A stretch of DNA of 64,000 bases from Massalongia carnosa (GCA_965645245.1 OZ287074.1:620001-684000), one strand, 5' to 3'; counted from the stretch's first letter, positions 1 to 11,620 are shown. Made by a program: numbers and translations. The notes: a model not told the origin generated them from the sequence alone.

Positions 1-1420
1 GACAGGTCGAAAGAGGATATTAAAACCAAGCAAGCCTCCGAATAACAAAAACTACCAGGGCTTTCCCAAAATATTCCCTTTCTTTTTCTCCTCCAAGTTC
101 TTCTCTTGGGCCAACGCTAGCCAGTAAACGCCTCAGAGAAAGCACCAATGCCAAAAACCGAAGTCCAGCAACCTGGGCCTTGCTTGCTCGAGCCCAATGA
201 TAAATCCTTCGAAGATATCATTGGGCCAGTGACCCTTAACTACCAGATCGGCGCCTTTGAGCGACGTGGCCAAGGAAGTGGTCAAAAAGCCGGTTATCGG
301 TGCTCGCGCTGAAAATCACTAGCCCTGAAAGGAGGGAGGATGCTCTCCATTGGTGTACGCTGGTTGAGGGAGGAAGGGAGTGATAAAAAGGCTCTCGTGC
401 TAGTGATGGAAGCTTGTGGTGGCGATTTAGGTATCATATAATGAATGGAGACAATTGTGACTGGAGAAAATAGAGACCGTTATCGGGTCAGGAGAAAAAT
501 GGTCAATTTATAAAATTTGCTTATCGCAGGAAAAACTGGGAGGACTTTGTCGTTCAAGCGCAGGCAAACATAATACTGGGAGAAGATCGCAGGCCAGCAA
601 GAGGGGCGATTTGGAATCACAGATTGAAAGATTTGTGCAGTTTCAAGGCCGTAGTTTATATGAAGGAATGAAATTGACGAAGGGGTCGATGTTTTAAGGG
701 GCTCTTCAACCCCTATCTGTCGGTTTATATCATGCTATTTGATGTCCGAGAGCAGGTACTCTCATCCCGCCACGATTGATTCCGTATATCATATCTAGCT
801 TTACAGTTCTTCATCTATAGAAATAAACAGCACATTACGTATGCATCATCCAGTCCATCTTCCATTTCCCCAACACCACTCATATCTTCTTCCCCGCTTC
901 CTCCAACCTCTGGTGTACAGGACTTGAGATAAGCACATTCCGGAATAGGGGTCATGTATTTATATATGTGTGGGATGGGTAGTTGGCGAACGGGCGAAGC
1001 TCGAACCTGTTAGTTAGGGTGGTGTTCGTCATTGGTAGGTAGGTAGCTTCTATCGAGGACCTGATGGGAGGGGGTTTTTTGGGGGTTCGGGGGGATAGTT
1101 TGTGAAAGGGGGGATGAGTGTTTGGTTCAGGAAGGGGGAGATCGAATTGGGGACAGAACGGGTAGAGTTGTGGAGTGTGTGGATTTGACAGATTGTAAAT
1201 GTAACTAATTAAGAGGAAGGGGGAGAGGAGGGAAACCGAATAATGAAAAGCCATTTTTCAGGTGCCGAGCACTTCATAAGTTCCCCGCATCAAGTGCCCA
1301 TAAAAGAAAAGAGAAGTCCTGCTCTCACCAGCAGCGCTGGGTTATTTAGGGGTGGCACACGAAAGTTGCATACGAAAAAGCTGCTAGCCATCCCTCGGTT
1401 CTTCGGGTTCAAACCAGTGT

Positions 1421-1472
1421 CTGCCTGCCTTCCTGCCTGCCTGCCTGCCTGCCTGCCTGCTTGCCTGCTTGC
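1421..1472. repeat. (CTGC)n tetranucleotide microsatellite just 3' of DBR1
   Basis: Run ctgcctgccttcctgcctgcctgcc...ttgcctgcttgc read directly. Confidence 0.9.
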
Positions 1473-1589
1473 ATGACAGCTTCCTTTCACGTGCCTCCGA
1501 ATGGTCTGAGATCTTTTCAAGACACAGCCTTGTTTAAGCACGTTGGCGCTTAAGTTGCTAAGGGATGACTGAACGGGAATAAACCGAGA

Positions 1590-3419
1590 TCACCGATAAC
1601 CCCGACCTCTCCCTCCTCCCCTCCCTCTGTCAAATCCGCGCGGTGCCCCCCGGCCTCTGCCCCTCCCGTTTCCTCTGCCTCGGCCACTTCCCCAGCCTCC
1701 TCCACCTCCACCACCACCAGCCCCTCCTTCCTCCTGCTTCGGCCCAATCCTCATCCTTTCTTCCCTCTCTTCCTCGCTGGCATGGAACTTGTTTTCGATC
1801 CCCAAAAGCGTGCAGAACGCCTCTGTTTGCGGATTCGTGTATTCGTGCGGCTGCTCCCTCGAGTTGACGCCTTCTGCAGGATCATGGACTGGTGCTGTGA
1901 GTTCGAAGTTCTCGGGGATAGTTAGCAGCCCTGGGTTGACAATGTTTTCTTGCACCCATTGCTCCTCGGCAGCGATCAGGGGCGCGTAGTGCGCTTGGCC
2001 TTTGTTGGGTGGAACGGTGGCGGTTGGAGCGCCGAGAGTGAGGTCGTTGGCGAAGACGCGGGTTATGGCTAGCCATTCTTTGTCGTACGACAGCTTCGAG
2101 GGTTGCTCGGTGGTGGCACTGGATGGGGATAGAGGGTTTAAAGGGTCTATCTCGAGGATTTGGAGGAATTGGCGGTGGGGAAGACATTTGTCAAGAGCGA
2201 GGAAGCGGGTGTTACGGTTGGTGATTGCTTCCGGGTGGGGAGCAGAGCTGGAAGAATGCGAAGAGCGAGTGAAAGGAGGGGCAAACGAGGCTGGTAGCTG
2301 GGCGCGAAGGGCGGCAGAAATGGCCAATGGTGCGGCGGCTTGATGGGAAAGAATTTGTGGGGTTCTTGTGGGTGCTGCCGGTTGGGGAGCACGGGAGTTT
2401 GAAGTGTCATCATCCATGTCAAGATCAATTTCGTCCTTGTTTCGAGCAGGCAACGGGATTCCCAATAATGTGGTGTCGTCAAGCTCAAGATCAATCTCAT
2501 CGGCGTTCGCTTTACCGCCTAGATTTTCAGGGGTTTCAAGCTTAGGGTTTTGTCCACGCTCTTCCTGGGCCGGTGCCTCCGGTCCTTCCCCATGATTTAC
2601 CACGGCGGCAAACTTGCAGTGCAAATGTGCAGCAAACCAATATGGTGGTCGAAGCCGATCCATCACATACTTCGCCGCAGAGCTGCCCAAGGTTCCAGCT
2701 CGGGCATCAGCCTCGAAAAGATCCTTCTTAGCGAACAAAACCTTCCAGTTACCCATCCACTCGATGCCTCTGGGCCAGTCGTGGCTGATGCCAACATCGA
2801 CTTGAGTTCTGATTTGAAGAAACTTCCTCACGTCTAGTTCTCTGACATGATAGACGCTTTTCACATCGCTCTGGCTGTAAGGGAGGCGCTCATGATGGGG
2901 TTTGTTGTAATTATAACCCTTCCAGATTCCAGATAGTCCAGCTATTCGAAGAGACCCGATGCGAACTACATTTGCAGCCCCCAAGTAGTAAATTCTGGGG
3001 GCTACCCATCCCCCATAGTAGAGTTCCCATAAATGATTACTCGCTTCATGGTTTCCACCGACAAAAATAGTCAAGTAGGGAGCTTCTCGCACTCCACTAT
3101 AGTATTCATGAAAGTCGCCTATCTCACGATACTTTTGAGGTACTGACATGCAGTTTAAGTCTTTGGAGTTGCGGACTGCCTAAAAATGTTAATAACAAGG
3201 AACCAAACAAGTATTAAAAGGAGATAATATTTTATTACCTGAAAGTCGCCACCGATGATCAAAAGATCAATGCCAGGCCAGTTCTGAATCTCGCATGACC
3301 TTTTGATAGAGGCATATATTGCATGAAGGGTCCCATGTCCCTAAGATTTTGTTTTTAGAAAGTGTGTAGTTATCAGGAAGTAAAGCAAGACTCACGCATC
3401 CTTCGATAGCAATTCGCAT
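1590..3419 (-). CDS. DBR1: RNA lariat debranching enzyme (metallophosphoesterase), 3 exons, RGG-rich C-terminal tail
   Basis: Exon 1 (3419-3396) MRIAIEGC; exon 2 GHGTLHAIY...IGGDFQ; exon 3 AVRN...GGNHEASN...SHDWP...AHLHCKF...FLALDKCLP. GT-AG introns at about 3395-3341 and 3238-3180. Confidence 0.95.
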
Positions 3420-3563
3420 TTTCCCTTTTCCTTAGCAAAGCCTTTCATGAAAGTATTGACTTATGAAAATCAGAAGATCTTGGGCGTCTGAGAGGACGAA
3501 GTGAAATAGAGATGAACAGCCTTTACTATAGAAGTGTCTAAGAAAAGTGTAAGAACAGCTAGA

Positions 3564-3573
3564 CACGTGATAA
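3564..3573. promoter_or_regulatory. CACGTG E-box (RTCACGTG, Cbf1/bHLH-type) in the short divergent DBR1 / Rpr2-Snm1 promoter
   Basis: gacacgtgat (reverse ATCACGTGT) midway in a ~295-bp divergent intergenic gap; function inferred only. Confidence 0.35.
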
Positions 3574-3713
3574 ATAAAGCCCTCAAGTGCTCTAGGCATA
3601 GGTTTTATTTCGACACTGTTATTCTAGTATTTCGACTAAAGTTAATCGGAACCTGCTTTATGCCCTCACTACCGAAAACCACGTTCATCAAGCCCATCAA
3701 CTAAGGGAATGAG

Positions 3714-4325
3714 ATGATGGCGCATCATGCCGTCAAAGCTAGGCTAAGTTTTCTGGCTACCTCAGCACAACTTTACTCATCAATAGCCCCGGCAACTTCG
3801 GCGCACCTAATGCTAGAATGCAAGACTATCGCTACAGACAACGACCTGTTATTCAAAGAAAACTCATCACAGCGATCATGCAATGCATGTGGCACTATTT
3901 TGTTTCCTGGACTAACTTTGCAGACATTCATTACGGACTCCGGTAGATCAACGAAGCCTCCATCAAAACCGAGGCGGGAGGGCCATCCTGTCCGGAAGGA
4001 AGCACAGAAGCTCATTATTTCAAAATGCCTTGTCTGTCACCGCTCGGTCAAGACCGCATTGGGGGCACGAACAAGACCAAATTTTCAGGAAGTGAAAAGC
4101 GGAACTGCAACCTCAGAGTCATTCTGTCATGCCCAAGCGGAGGTTAAAACCGATGCTCCACGCCAGGAACCTCAATCACGTCCCACAGCAAACTTCCACA
4201 GCAAAAAGAGAGCCAAAGCACGGCGGCAGGGTGGACTACAAGCCATGTTGGAGGGTTCTAAAGCGAAGCAGATACCATCATCAGACTTTGGGCTGGACTT
4301 AATGGACCTTATGAAGAAGATATGA
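3714..4325 (+). CDS. RNase P/MRP Rpr2/Rpp21/Snm1-domain zinc-binding protein (probably the Snm1-like type)
   Basis: RLSFL...APATSAHL helix, CNACGTILFPG and CLVC zinc pairs, basic KKRAKARRQGGLQAML tail; intronless 203 aa. Confidence 0.75.
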   Translation: MMAHHAVKARLSFLATSAQLYSSIAPATSAHLMLECKTIATDNDLLFKENSSQRSCNACGTILFPGLTLQTFITDSGRSTKPPSKPRREGHPVRKEAQKLIISKCLVCHRSVKTALGARTRPNFQEVKSGTATSESFCHAQAEVKTDAPRQEPQSRPTANFHSKKRAKARRQGGLQAMLEGSKAKQIPSSDFGLDLMDLMKKI

Positions 4326-4877
4326 TCCACTTGGATCTTATCCCAACCATATGCATTATCTTTAGCCCTTTTCACTCGAAACTAAGGCCCATTCCCCAAA
4401 ATTTTTTTAGGTTCTTATAAGTAGTACCCTCATTCTGAACCAGAGCAAGCCAGTCCGTTGGGTGCAATATTCCTGGACAGAGCAGCTATGTTTTCTTGAA
4501 ATCCGTCTGAGATTACCCAAAAAACAGATTAAAACGAGCCACATATTTAAGACAACGCTTCCAGATCGCCTTTAGCCTCAATCATATACCTTGCTTTGCA
4601 AGAAGACTTGTCCGTCCACTAAATCTTACTGCCTCTTTAGACAAAGATCAAAGTGAATTAGCGTTGAGTTCAGCTGAAATACGAGCGCCCTCTCTATGGA
4701 TTCCAATCACTCACACCTTGGATGAAATGCAAAAAGCCCACGTGAAGCAGCTGATGATAATCTAATTCGCGGTGTATAATGTTTCTAGTTAAGAAGAGCT
4801 TATTGGATTTGATAAAGCAGCATTCTGGCGGCAACATCTCCGCAAAAAAACTAAACTACTCCAGCCTGAATGTGCAA

Positions 4878-4905
4878 GGATTATCGGAATCGGATTATCG
4901 GAATC
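4878..4905. repeat. 14-bp tandem duplication (GGATTATCGGAATC x2)
   Basis: Exact repeat at 4878-4891 and 4892-4905. Confidence 0.85.
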
Positions 4906-5190
4906 TAACAAAGTTTGACTTGTAGGAGTCTTAAACTTCTGTCGCTCTTTTGATATTATTCCTGTTTATTGGAACGGGAACAGCCATCAAGAACCAAATA
5001 TTATGGAAGCTTATTACTGCAAATTCCAAAGATGACTAGTTATGAAATTGCTACTTCCAACATCAGCTATTCATCTCAATCCACCTTGCTAAATCTCTCG
5101 GCAACTTCATCTCATGTTTACTAGCCTCAACTCAAGCCGTTCGAGCCCTCAAATATATTCAAGTGAGCTATTTTATGGCACCAGCAACTA

Positions 5191-5380
5191 CAACCTATCC
5201 GGCGATTTAGTTGTTAGTACGATACATACCTCGATCTACATTAACTATACTCGATATGGCTTAGACGTTTGGAACAACTTTCATCTTCACTTTTCATTTT
5301 TCATCAGCATCATGGAGTCCGTATAGTTAATGTAGATCGAGGTATGTATCGTACTAACAACTAAATCGCCGGATAGGTTG
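5191..5380. mobile_element. 190-bp MITE-like fold-back unit with perfect 60-bp TIRs, flanked by TA on both sides
   Basis: 5189-5250 is the exact reverse complement of 5321-5382; 5246-5322 is directly repeated at 5381-5458 (one extra T). Confidence 0.8.
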
Positions 5381-5447
5381 TATACTCGATATGGCTTAGA
5401 CGTTTGGAACAACTTTCATCTTCACTTTTTCATTTTTCATCAGCATC

Positions 5448-6500
5448 ATGGAGTCCGTTCAGCCTGCACCCGTCATACCCATTAAACAAAAGGAATTATC
5501 TCGTGATACGCGTCTTCAAATCCAAACTCTGAAAGATGTAGCTGGATGGAGCTATTCTCGAATTGCCAATGAATTGAGAATCACAGCTCGTCAGGTTCAG
5601 TATGCTTGCACTACCGATCGACTCACTCCGCAGAAGAAACGATGCGGACGAAAACCCTTGATTGATGCTCAGTCTCAAGAGGTATTAGTTGAATTTGTAT
5701 GCGCATCAATGAGAAATCGTCAAATGCCTTACTGTCAAATTCCCTTGACACTGGGGTGGAATGTTTCTGAAGATGCCATACGAAGAGCACTAAAATCGCA
5801 AGGTTTTTCGAGACATGTCGCTCGTCGAAAGCCTCCTATCTCCGAATTCAATCGAGTTCGACGTTTGAATTGGGCGATGGAGCATTTGGATTGGACCAGG
5901 GAATAATGGGAGAGAATTATATGGAGCGACGAGACATGGGTCACAGGCTCTAGACATCGAAAGATATTCGTGACCAGAAGAGCTCATGAAGAATATGACC
6001 CCACCTTCGTTGTTTCCAAGCCTCCTCGTCGAGGTGGATGGATGTTTTGGGGATGCTTTTTTGGTACTACGAAAGGACCTTGTTTATTTTGGGAAAAGGA
6101 CTGGGGTAGCATCAATAAAGTCTCTTATTGTCAGCGAATTGTTCCCATTGTTCATGGCTGGATGAGAATGAACTCGGGACTGCTTTTCATGCAAGATAAT
6201 GCCCCAGGTCATGCAGCTGAATTAACCCTTCAGGAATTTCGCGATAGAGGAGTTTCAGTCATCGAATGGCCTCCCTTCTCACCCGACTTGAATCCTATTG
6301 AAACTGTTTGGCGAATAATGAAGGACTGGATACAAAATGTTTATGGAGACGAGGATAAACTCTCGTATGATGCTCTACGAAAGGCAGTGAGGGAGTCCTG
6401 GGATGCTATATCTTCAGAACAATTGGGAGGGTTAATTGACTCCATGCATGATCGATGTGTAGCTGTTCAAATGGCAAACGGGATGTACACTAAATATTAA
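5448..6500 (+). pseudogene. Tc1-like transposase (350 codons) broken by a single in-frame TAA at 5904-5906
   Basis: ORFs 5448-5906 and 5970-6500 are in one frame and joined by open codons; HTH region, GRKP, WTRE*WERIIWSDET, QDNAPGH-x-SPDLNPIE with D-34-E spacing. Confidence 0.92.
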
Positions 6501-6753
6501 TGAGAATTGATTGGACGAAGCAGATTAAGTCATCAACCCTTTTTGGTATGGTGAAGTGGGTAAAAATCGCTGCACGTACCTTACTAACAACTAAATCGCT
6601 GGATACCATAGTATATAAGCTTACAGCCGACAACTAATAGCGTACTTACTACGCAATTACTAAGACATCAACGGGAAGAGTACAACTAAAAGCTTACTAA
6701 CTCTATTTCCTGCCTCGCCAAAGTGTTCTCGGTTCAAGCTTACGCGGTAGTAG

Positions 6754-6788
6754 AGTAGCGGTTAAAGTAGCGGTTAAAGTAGCGGTTA
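6754..6788. repeat. 12-bp tandem repeat (AGTAGCGGTTAA x ~3) in a TA-rich flank of the transposon
   Basis: agtagcggttaa agtagcggttaa agtagcggtta. Confidence 0.8.
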
Positions 6789-7587
6789 CTAGCTTTTAAA
6801 TGCTTCTGGAGCTTTGATCTGCCCGCCTCAAAACTTTCCCTGCATATGTGGCAATCTTCTTACTATCTGTCGAAAGAGCTTGATCATCTTGCACTAGATT
6901 CTCTTACTAATCTTACCAAATGTCTCTCCTATGTCGAAACGACGTACTCTAGTGCTGAGATGACAGAAGACCCAAGTCCCCAGAGAGTTTCCAACTGTAT
7001 AGTCAAGTCTTATGTCTTTCGCCTCAAAATTTGTCATGTTTAGGCTTCACAATGACTTCAGTCTCACGTCAGCGGAGGTGTACAAACTGAATTCAAATTT
7101 TACTTTCCCTTGTGTCGCTCTCTGGATATGCTGGGAACATATAGAATCTTTCTCAAAACGGCAAATGCTGAAGACAGAAATTGTATGGGAAACCCCGCTA
7201 TCCATGGGTTTGGCCCCAAACTTCCAAAATTGGAACTGGTCTCGCCTCATGTGAGAATGCATGGAATGGAATTAGGCCATTTGGGATATAGGATAGTCTA
7301 CTAAAGAGAAGATATCATTTAACTTAACTAGAGAAGGTCTTAAGTTTACAGGGCCATCTGAATTTTCGCTGGGTATAAAGAAGCTGGGTTTCCCTCCAAG
7401 CAAATATTTAAACCTCCACCACCTACTAAAGCAGCAGAATTCACAGCTAGAGTATATTCCACAGCAACGTATTCACACCCGATAATAGTAATACTTCTAT
7501 TTGTCAAAAACGCACGTTTTTTGCTCACTGAATGGCAGACCTTGCTTCGACCCTTTTCAGCCAAAAGACCGCTTTCCATCAACCAAA

Positions 7588-7998
7588 ATGCAGATTTTAA
7601 CCGCCGCCAGCATTTTTCTGGCCACCATCGCCTTGACAACTCAGGCCCTCGCAAAAGGCATCAACTGCGAAGGTAGCGGCGCGTGCGGCGATTCCGGGGC
7701 TCGCCTCGGTAACCTCAAAACCCTCGTCGACCCAATCGATCCGAATCGCGTCTACCAAAATGGTGAACATATTGCATGTGACGGCCATCAGGTCTGCTGC
7801 TTTCTGCAAGGAACCGGCGGCATCCGTGGCGCAGACATCCCGGGCTTGGTAGGCGCCTTACTCGACCATGGGTGCGGCATTTGTGGGAGTGTTCCGGTAT
7901 TCTTCTTTGCAGGTGACAATGATATTAGCACTCATGGGCAGTTGACATGCAACTTTGTGTCGAGCTTGGATGGATGTAGGCCTTATTCTTTATGTTAG
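7588..7998 (+). CDS. Secreted KP4 killer-toxin-like protein (136 aa)
   Basis: Signal peptide MQILTAASIFLATIALTTQALA then KGINCEGSGAC...HIAC...LLDHGCGICGSVP...NDISTHGQLTCNFV, matching KP4 hallmarks LGINCRGS...HGCxxCGS...NDVSxGQLTVNYV; ATG at 7588 in CAAAATG context. Confidence 0.9.
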   Translation: MQILTAASIFLATIALTTQALAKGINCEGSGACGDSGARLGNLKTLVDPIDPNRVYQNGEHIACDGHQVCCFLQGTGGIRGADIPGLVGALLDHGCGICGSVPVFFFAGDNDISTHGQLTCNFVSSLDGCRPYSLC

Positions 7999-8890
7999 GC
8001 ATTAGATGGCAGCGATGTCGGCAGAATTGTGGATGAATGCGAGGAGAAAATGATGCTTGTTTTTTTCGGGATGCCTGTATCCAGTCCGCTCGTTGAATGT
8101 TTTGGGCTTTATCTGCTTTGTTGGCTCTTCTGGTCCGTTCAATATTTCATGAATGTCTCCTCTTAGCACTCCTAATAGCTGCGTTATCACACGACTATCT
8201 TACCCCGCGAATGCGCCTATCTCAACGCCTTCTCAGCCTTCCTGTTTTCCTAGATTATTATAGTGCCACTCAACGTGCTGTTCCGAGACCGCGACAACTA
8301 AGTATTTCCCGCCCGTGGTCACCCCCTCTTTTTCCGCCTGTGGGATCTTAGCATATACCTTACAGTTATTTTGCCACTTATGTGCTGGCCCAGAGTATCG
8401 CTACTGCGGCCAAAGAAATTCCAAAGGATATTTAGGGTGCAGGTTTCTTCGTGCTTTCGATTCTGCGCTGAGCTTGGGTTAGGAAGGTCTCTCAGTTCCG
8501 TGATGCCTGGGAGATGCGCAAACTGATTAGCGCCTCGGAGAAACGATTGTCTGAAACAGAAACATCCGGAGAAACGCCAGCGATAAACGGGATGCAAACG
8601 TGCAATAGGACTCGGGCAACTTTCTTGCGCTCATGTTCCGAACGTAGTTTAAGCAGATTTTCTACTTTTTTTGCGAATACGTTCTTTTTATCAACATGGA
8701 AAAGCAAACAAGCATGCCAGTTCTCCATTCTTCCCCTCAGTTAATACCCAGCTTCTTTCCTATCATCTTTACCAATTGTAGGATGCTAAACTCGCATATC
8801 GCTCAGCTTCACGGATTCACTTCGATTACTCCTACCTCCAAAACTTTCTCATCCTCCCTCTTCTAGTATCCAAAACGAAATATACTAACC

Positions 8891-9754
8891 ATGCATCGCA
8901 ACTTCCTTCTCCCAGCTCTGTTGTACGTGTCAGCGCAAGCCGCACCCATTGTCAAAGGGTTTGGAGCTAGGGACTACGACACCAACTCGTTCGATTCCTC
9001 TGCGGCCACCGATGACTTCACCGTTGCCGCCGCTCCAGCCACCAAAGCCAACCAGCCTGTCATCGGTGACACTCCCATCAACGGCGTCAACACCCCCATA
9101 ACCATGCCAAACCCTCAAAACAGCAACCCCACGCCAGCAGACGATACCAGCACCGTACCCAGCGAAAACAATATTCCCCTCCAACTTTCTGACACCACCG
9201 CCCCGCAGCCCCCATTCCAGCTTGCGCAAACCAACCCCACCACCGAAAAGCCCCCACCCATCCCGCAACCTCCATCTTACTCCACCCGCTCCACCTACTG
9301 CTTCGATGGCATGTGTTTCCTGTGCGACTCCACGGGATGCCACGATTCAACCCTCACGTGGGTCGAGGGGGCCGGGTATCAACTTTGCCCTAGCAGCGTT
9401 AAAGTTGCCCTGACAGTGCCTTGCAGGGGGTATGATCCGACACCCGATGTAAAGTATTGGAACCAGGGGTATCAGTATTGGTGGTGGTCGAAGCATGGGC
9501 GGGAGAAGAATGGCGGAGAAGCGGAAACGGAAACGGGATCTAGAACGGGAACTGGATCTGGATCTGGATCTGGAATTGGCATCGGAACTGGCACTGGCAC
9601 TGGCACTGGAGCTGGGGCTGGAGCTGGAGCTGGAGCTGGAGCTGGAGCTGGAGCTGGAGCTGGGGCTGGAGCTGGGGCTGGAGCTGGGGCTGGAGCTGGG
9701 GCTGGAGCTGGGGCTGGAGCTGGAACTGGCGCTGGCGACAACAGTGGCGGATAG
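8891..9754 (+). CDS. Secreted protein: signal peptide, P/T/N-rich linker, 6-Cys domain, (Gly-Ala)n tail
   Basis: 287-aa ORF MHRNFLLPALLYVSAQAAP...; YCFDGMCFLC...C...YQLC...CRGYDPTPDVKYW; paralogous motif in the 11621 gene. Confidence 0.75.
   Translation: MHRNFLLPALLYVSAQAAPIVKGFGARDYDTNSFDSSAATDDFTVAAAPATKANQPVIGDTPINGVNTPITMPNPQNSNPTPADDTSTVPSENNIPLQLSDTTAPQPPFQLAQTNPTTEKPPPIPQPPSYSTRSTYCFDGMCFLCDSTGCHDSTLTWVEGAGYQLCPSSVKVALTVPCRGYDPTPDVKYWNQGYQYWWWSKHGREKNGGEAETETGSRTGTGSGSGSGIGIGTGTGTGTGAGAGAGAGAGAGAGAGAGAGAGAGAGAGAGAGAGAGAGTGAGDNSGG
9584..9735 (+). repeat. Coding hexanucleotide repeat (GGCACT then GCTGGA/GCTGGG)n encoding GT/GA dipeptides
   Basis: About 20 GA units read directly; it produces the spurious poly-PA/LQ/LE/S ORFs in other frames. 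Confidence 0.9.
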
Positions 9755-11620
9755 ACTGCTCCGGAAGGAATTGGGAGACGGAAGGGAGCAAGGAAAAGGA
9801 ACGGACGGGGATAAGAAAGGGTGGATAAACAGAAAGGCGAGCGTGATCCGAAACATGGAGTTAGTTAGGCATAGCAGAAAAATGACGAAGCTCTAGACGT
9901 GAAGATTATCATCCCAAGTCTACCTAGTCCATTTGGCGGAAGAAGATCCATTGCCCGCCCTCTCTTACGTCTCTGGTAAAACTTGGTGGGGGATCTTTGA
10001 AGTTCACCGGGGTATATATGTAGAATGCGGTCCTTTTTTGCCTCCCCCCCCCACAGCCAGTTTCTCGCCAAGGTTTTCCGCCGGCAAGTCGCGCACCCGA
10101 TACAGCTACATACGTTATGTATGAAGGGGGCTGCGGTTGAGGGAGGAGCGAAAAAAAAAATTACGGAAACCAAGTGGGGGGGGGGGGGGGGGGCTGCTCT
10201 GCGGGGAGTCTCAAGCTGCTGGAATCGGCAGTGGCTCGAATCTTGCGATGGGTTATCAAGACCTGTTTTTGTTTTTGGGTTGGTTCCCGGATCGAGTAGA
10301 CGAATCATTCATTCATTCATATCTGATCTGGAGCGACGGAGTGGGGCTGTCGAAGAGGGCTCGGGTGAGGATCGAACCATCTAGGTAGTTGTTTTATGTG
10401 CAGCGCCTGGGGTACCTGGATTCTGCTTGCTTGTTTATTTGTTTGCTTGAGCTGCTGGGTCTAAAGAAGAAGAAGAAGAAGTCTGTCCAATGAGGAGAGA
10501 GAGCTCGGGTGGGAACAGATAGATAGCAGGGCTCTTTGCGGCATAGAGGGGAAGGTGAAAAGGGTAGGGGGGTTGGAGCGCGGAAGGAGAAACGGTATAA
10601 TTCGGTGAAGCTGGAGGAGGATTAGGTGGTGTTTCATGTCGAGCACCGCTCTGTTTCACGGAAGTTGGATAGCTCTTTGATAAAACCTCTGTTTCGAGGA
10701 TTTTTGCTCAACATAGTGAGTTGTTTTGTGTACAATTAATGTATGAATGCCTTAGCAGTTTTTATCATCTTGGAGAATGGAGCCTTAAAGCTCAGTTGCC
10801 CATTCGATGTAAGAAAATATCACTGCTTTCCTTGCACCAAGATTTATTTCCAAATCCCTGCGGTGCCCATAATAAAAACGGTTAAGTAGAAATGGAGAGG
10901 GAAAGGCGAGGGTAAGACGACGAGGACGACGAGGAGTGGAGAAAAATAGCTTTATCGTAGTTAGTTGTTTGAACTGGCGTGGGTGAGGGATTTTGAAATA
11001 CCTCTTATGGGATTCGCACGGACTTAGCGGGATGATTTTTAGGGTGTTTCTACTTCCTTTTCGCACGCCAAACGCTCCCGCCTCTCCTCTCACATCCCGC
11101 TTCTCACGTGAAGACTTTGAAGCTATGGTGTAAGCATCAATCTATTCTCTCTGTAAGGCAACGCACGGCATGCAATATGGCACGGCACGACACGACAGTT
11201 AGAAACGTGAAACATGAATGATGCAGAAATCAAGCCGCCGCCGGTCGATGATCGTGCTTTTTCTGAGAAATGGTATTCTTATGATGTTGAGAAGAGGCAG
11301 ACTGGCGAAGACAACCATATGCCGGGGTTTGATTTGTTACAACTTCTAGCGCATTGAGAGCTAGGTTTGTTGTGTAGTTGCCCTTTCCCACTTCCCACTT
11401 GCCTTCATCACGAGTCCTGCCGATAGTGCTGTCCCCGTGGTGGAAAGGCAAAGTAGTGCAGGGCAACGAATATAAAATCAGGGCATGCCCATCGTCTTTT
11501 TCTATTTTGGGGATTCGTTCTCATGACTTGTTTGTGCATACCTTGGTCCTCCATTTCCATCATCGTCTCAGAAAGCTTTCTACAGTCCTTTGACTTTCGG
11601 ATCCTCGATCCATCGCGCCT

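Larger units (their letters stand above)
5191..6611 (+). mobile_element. Tc1-family (DD34E) DNA transposon with rearranged left end
   Basis: TA at 5189-5190 then CAACCTATCCGGCGATTTAGTTGTTAGTA; imperfect right TIR TACTAACAACTAAATCGCTGGATA at 6582-6605 followed by ccatagTA; internal transposase. Exact right end uncertain by a few bp. Confidence 0.88.

Noticed and set aside
1..1300. Possible small minus-strand gene (intron-like ...CTAACTAACAG near 1007-1020; 952-1254 ORF)
   Set aside because: No recognisable protein or consistent exon chain; the ORF reflects low-complexity skewed sequence
9347..9896. Poly-S, PA, LQ and LE repeat ORFs
   Set aside because: Alternative-frame shadows of the (GCTGGA)n repeat in gene 8891
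10355..10385. GGTTCGATCC tRNA T-loop-like motif on the minus strand
   Set aside because: No T-stem pairing or cloverleaf around it
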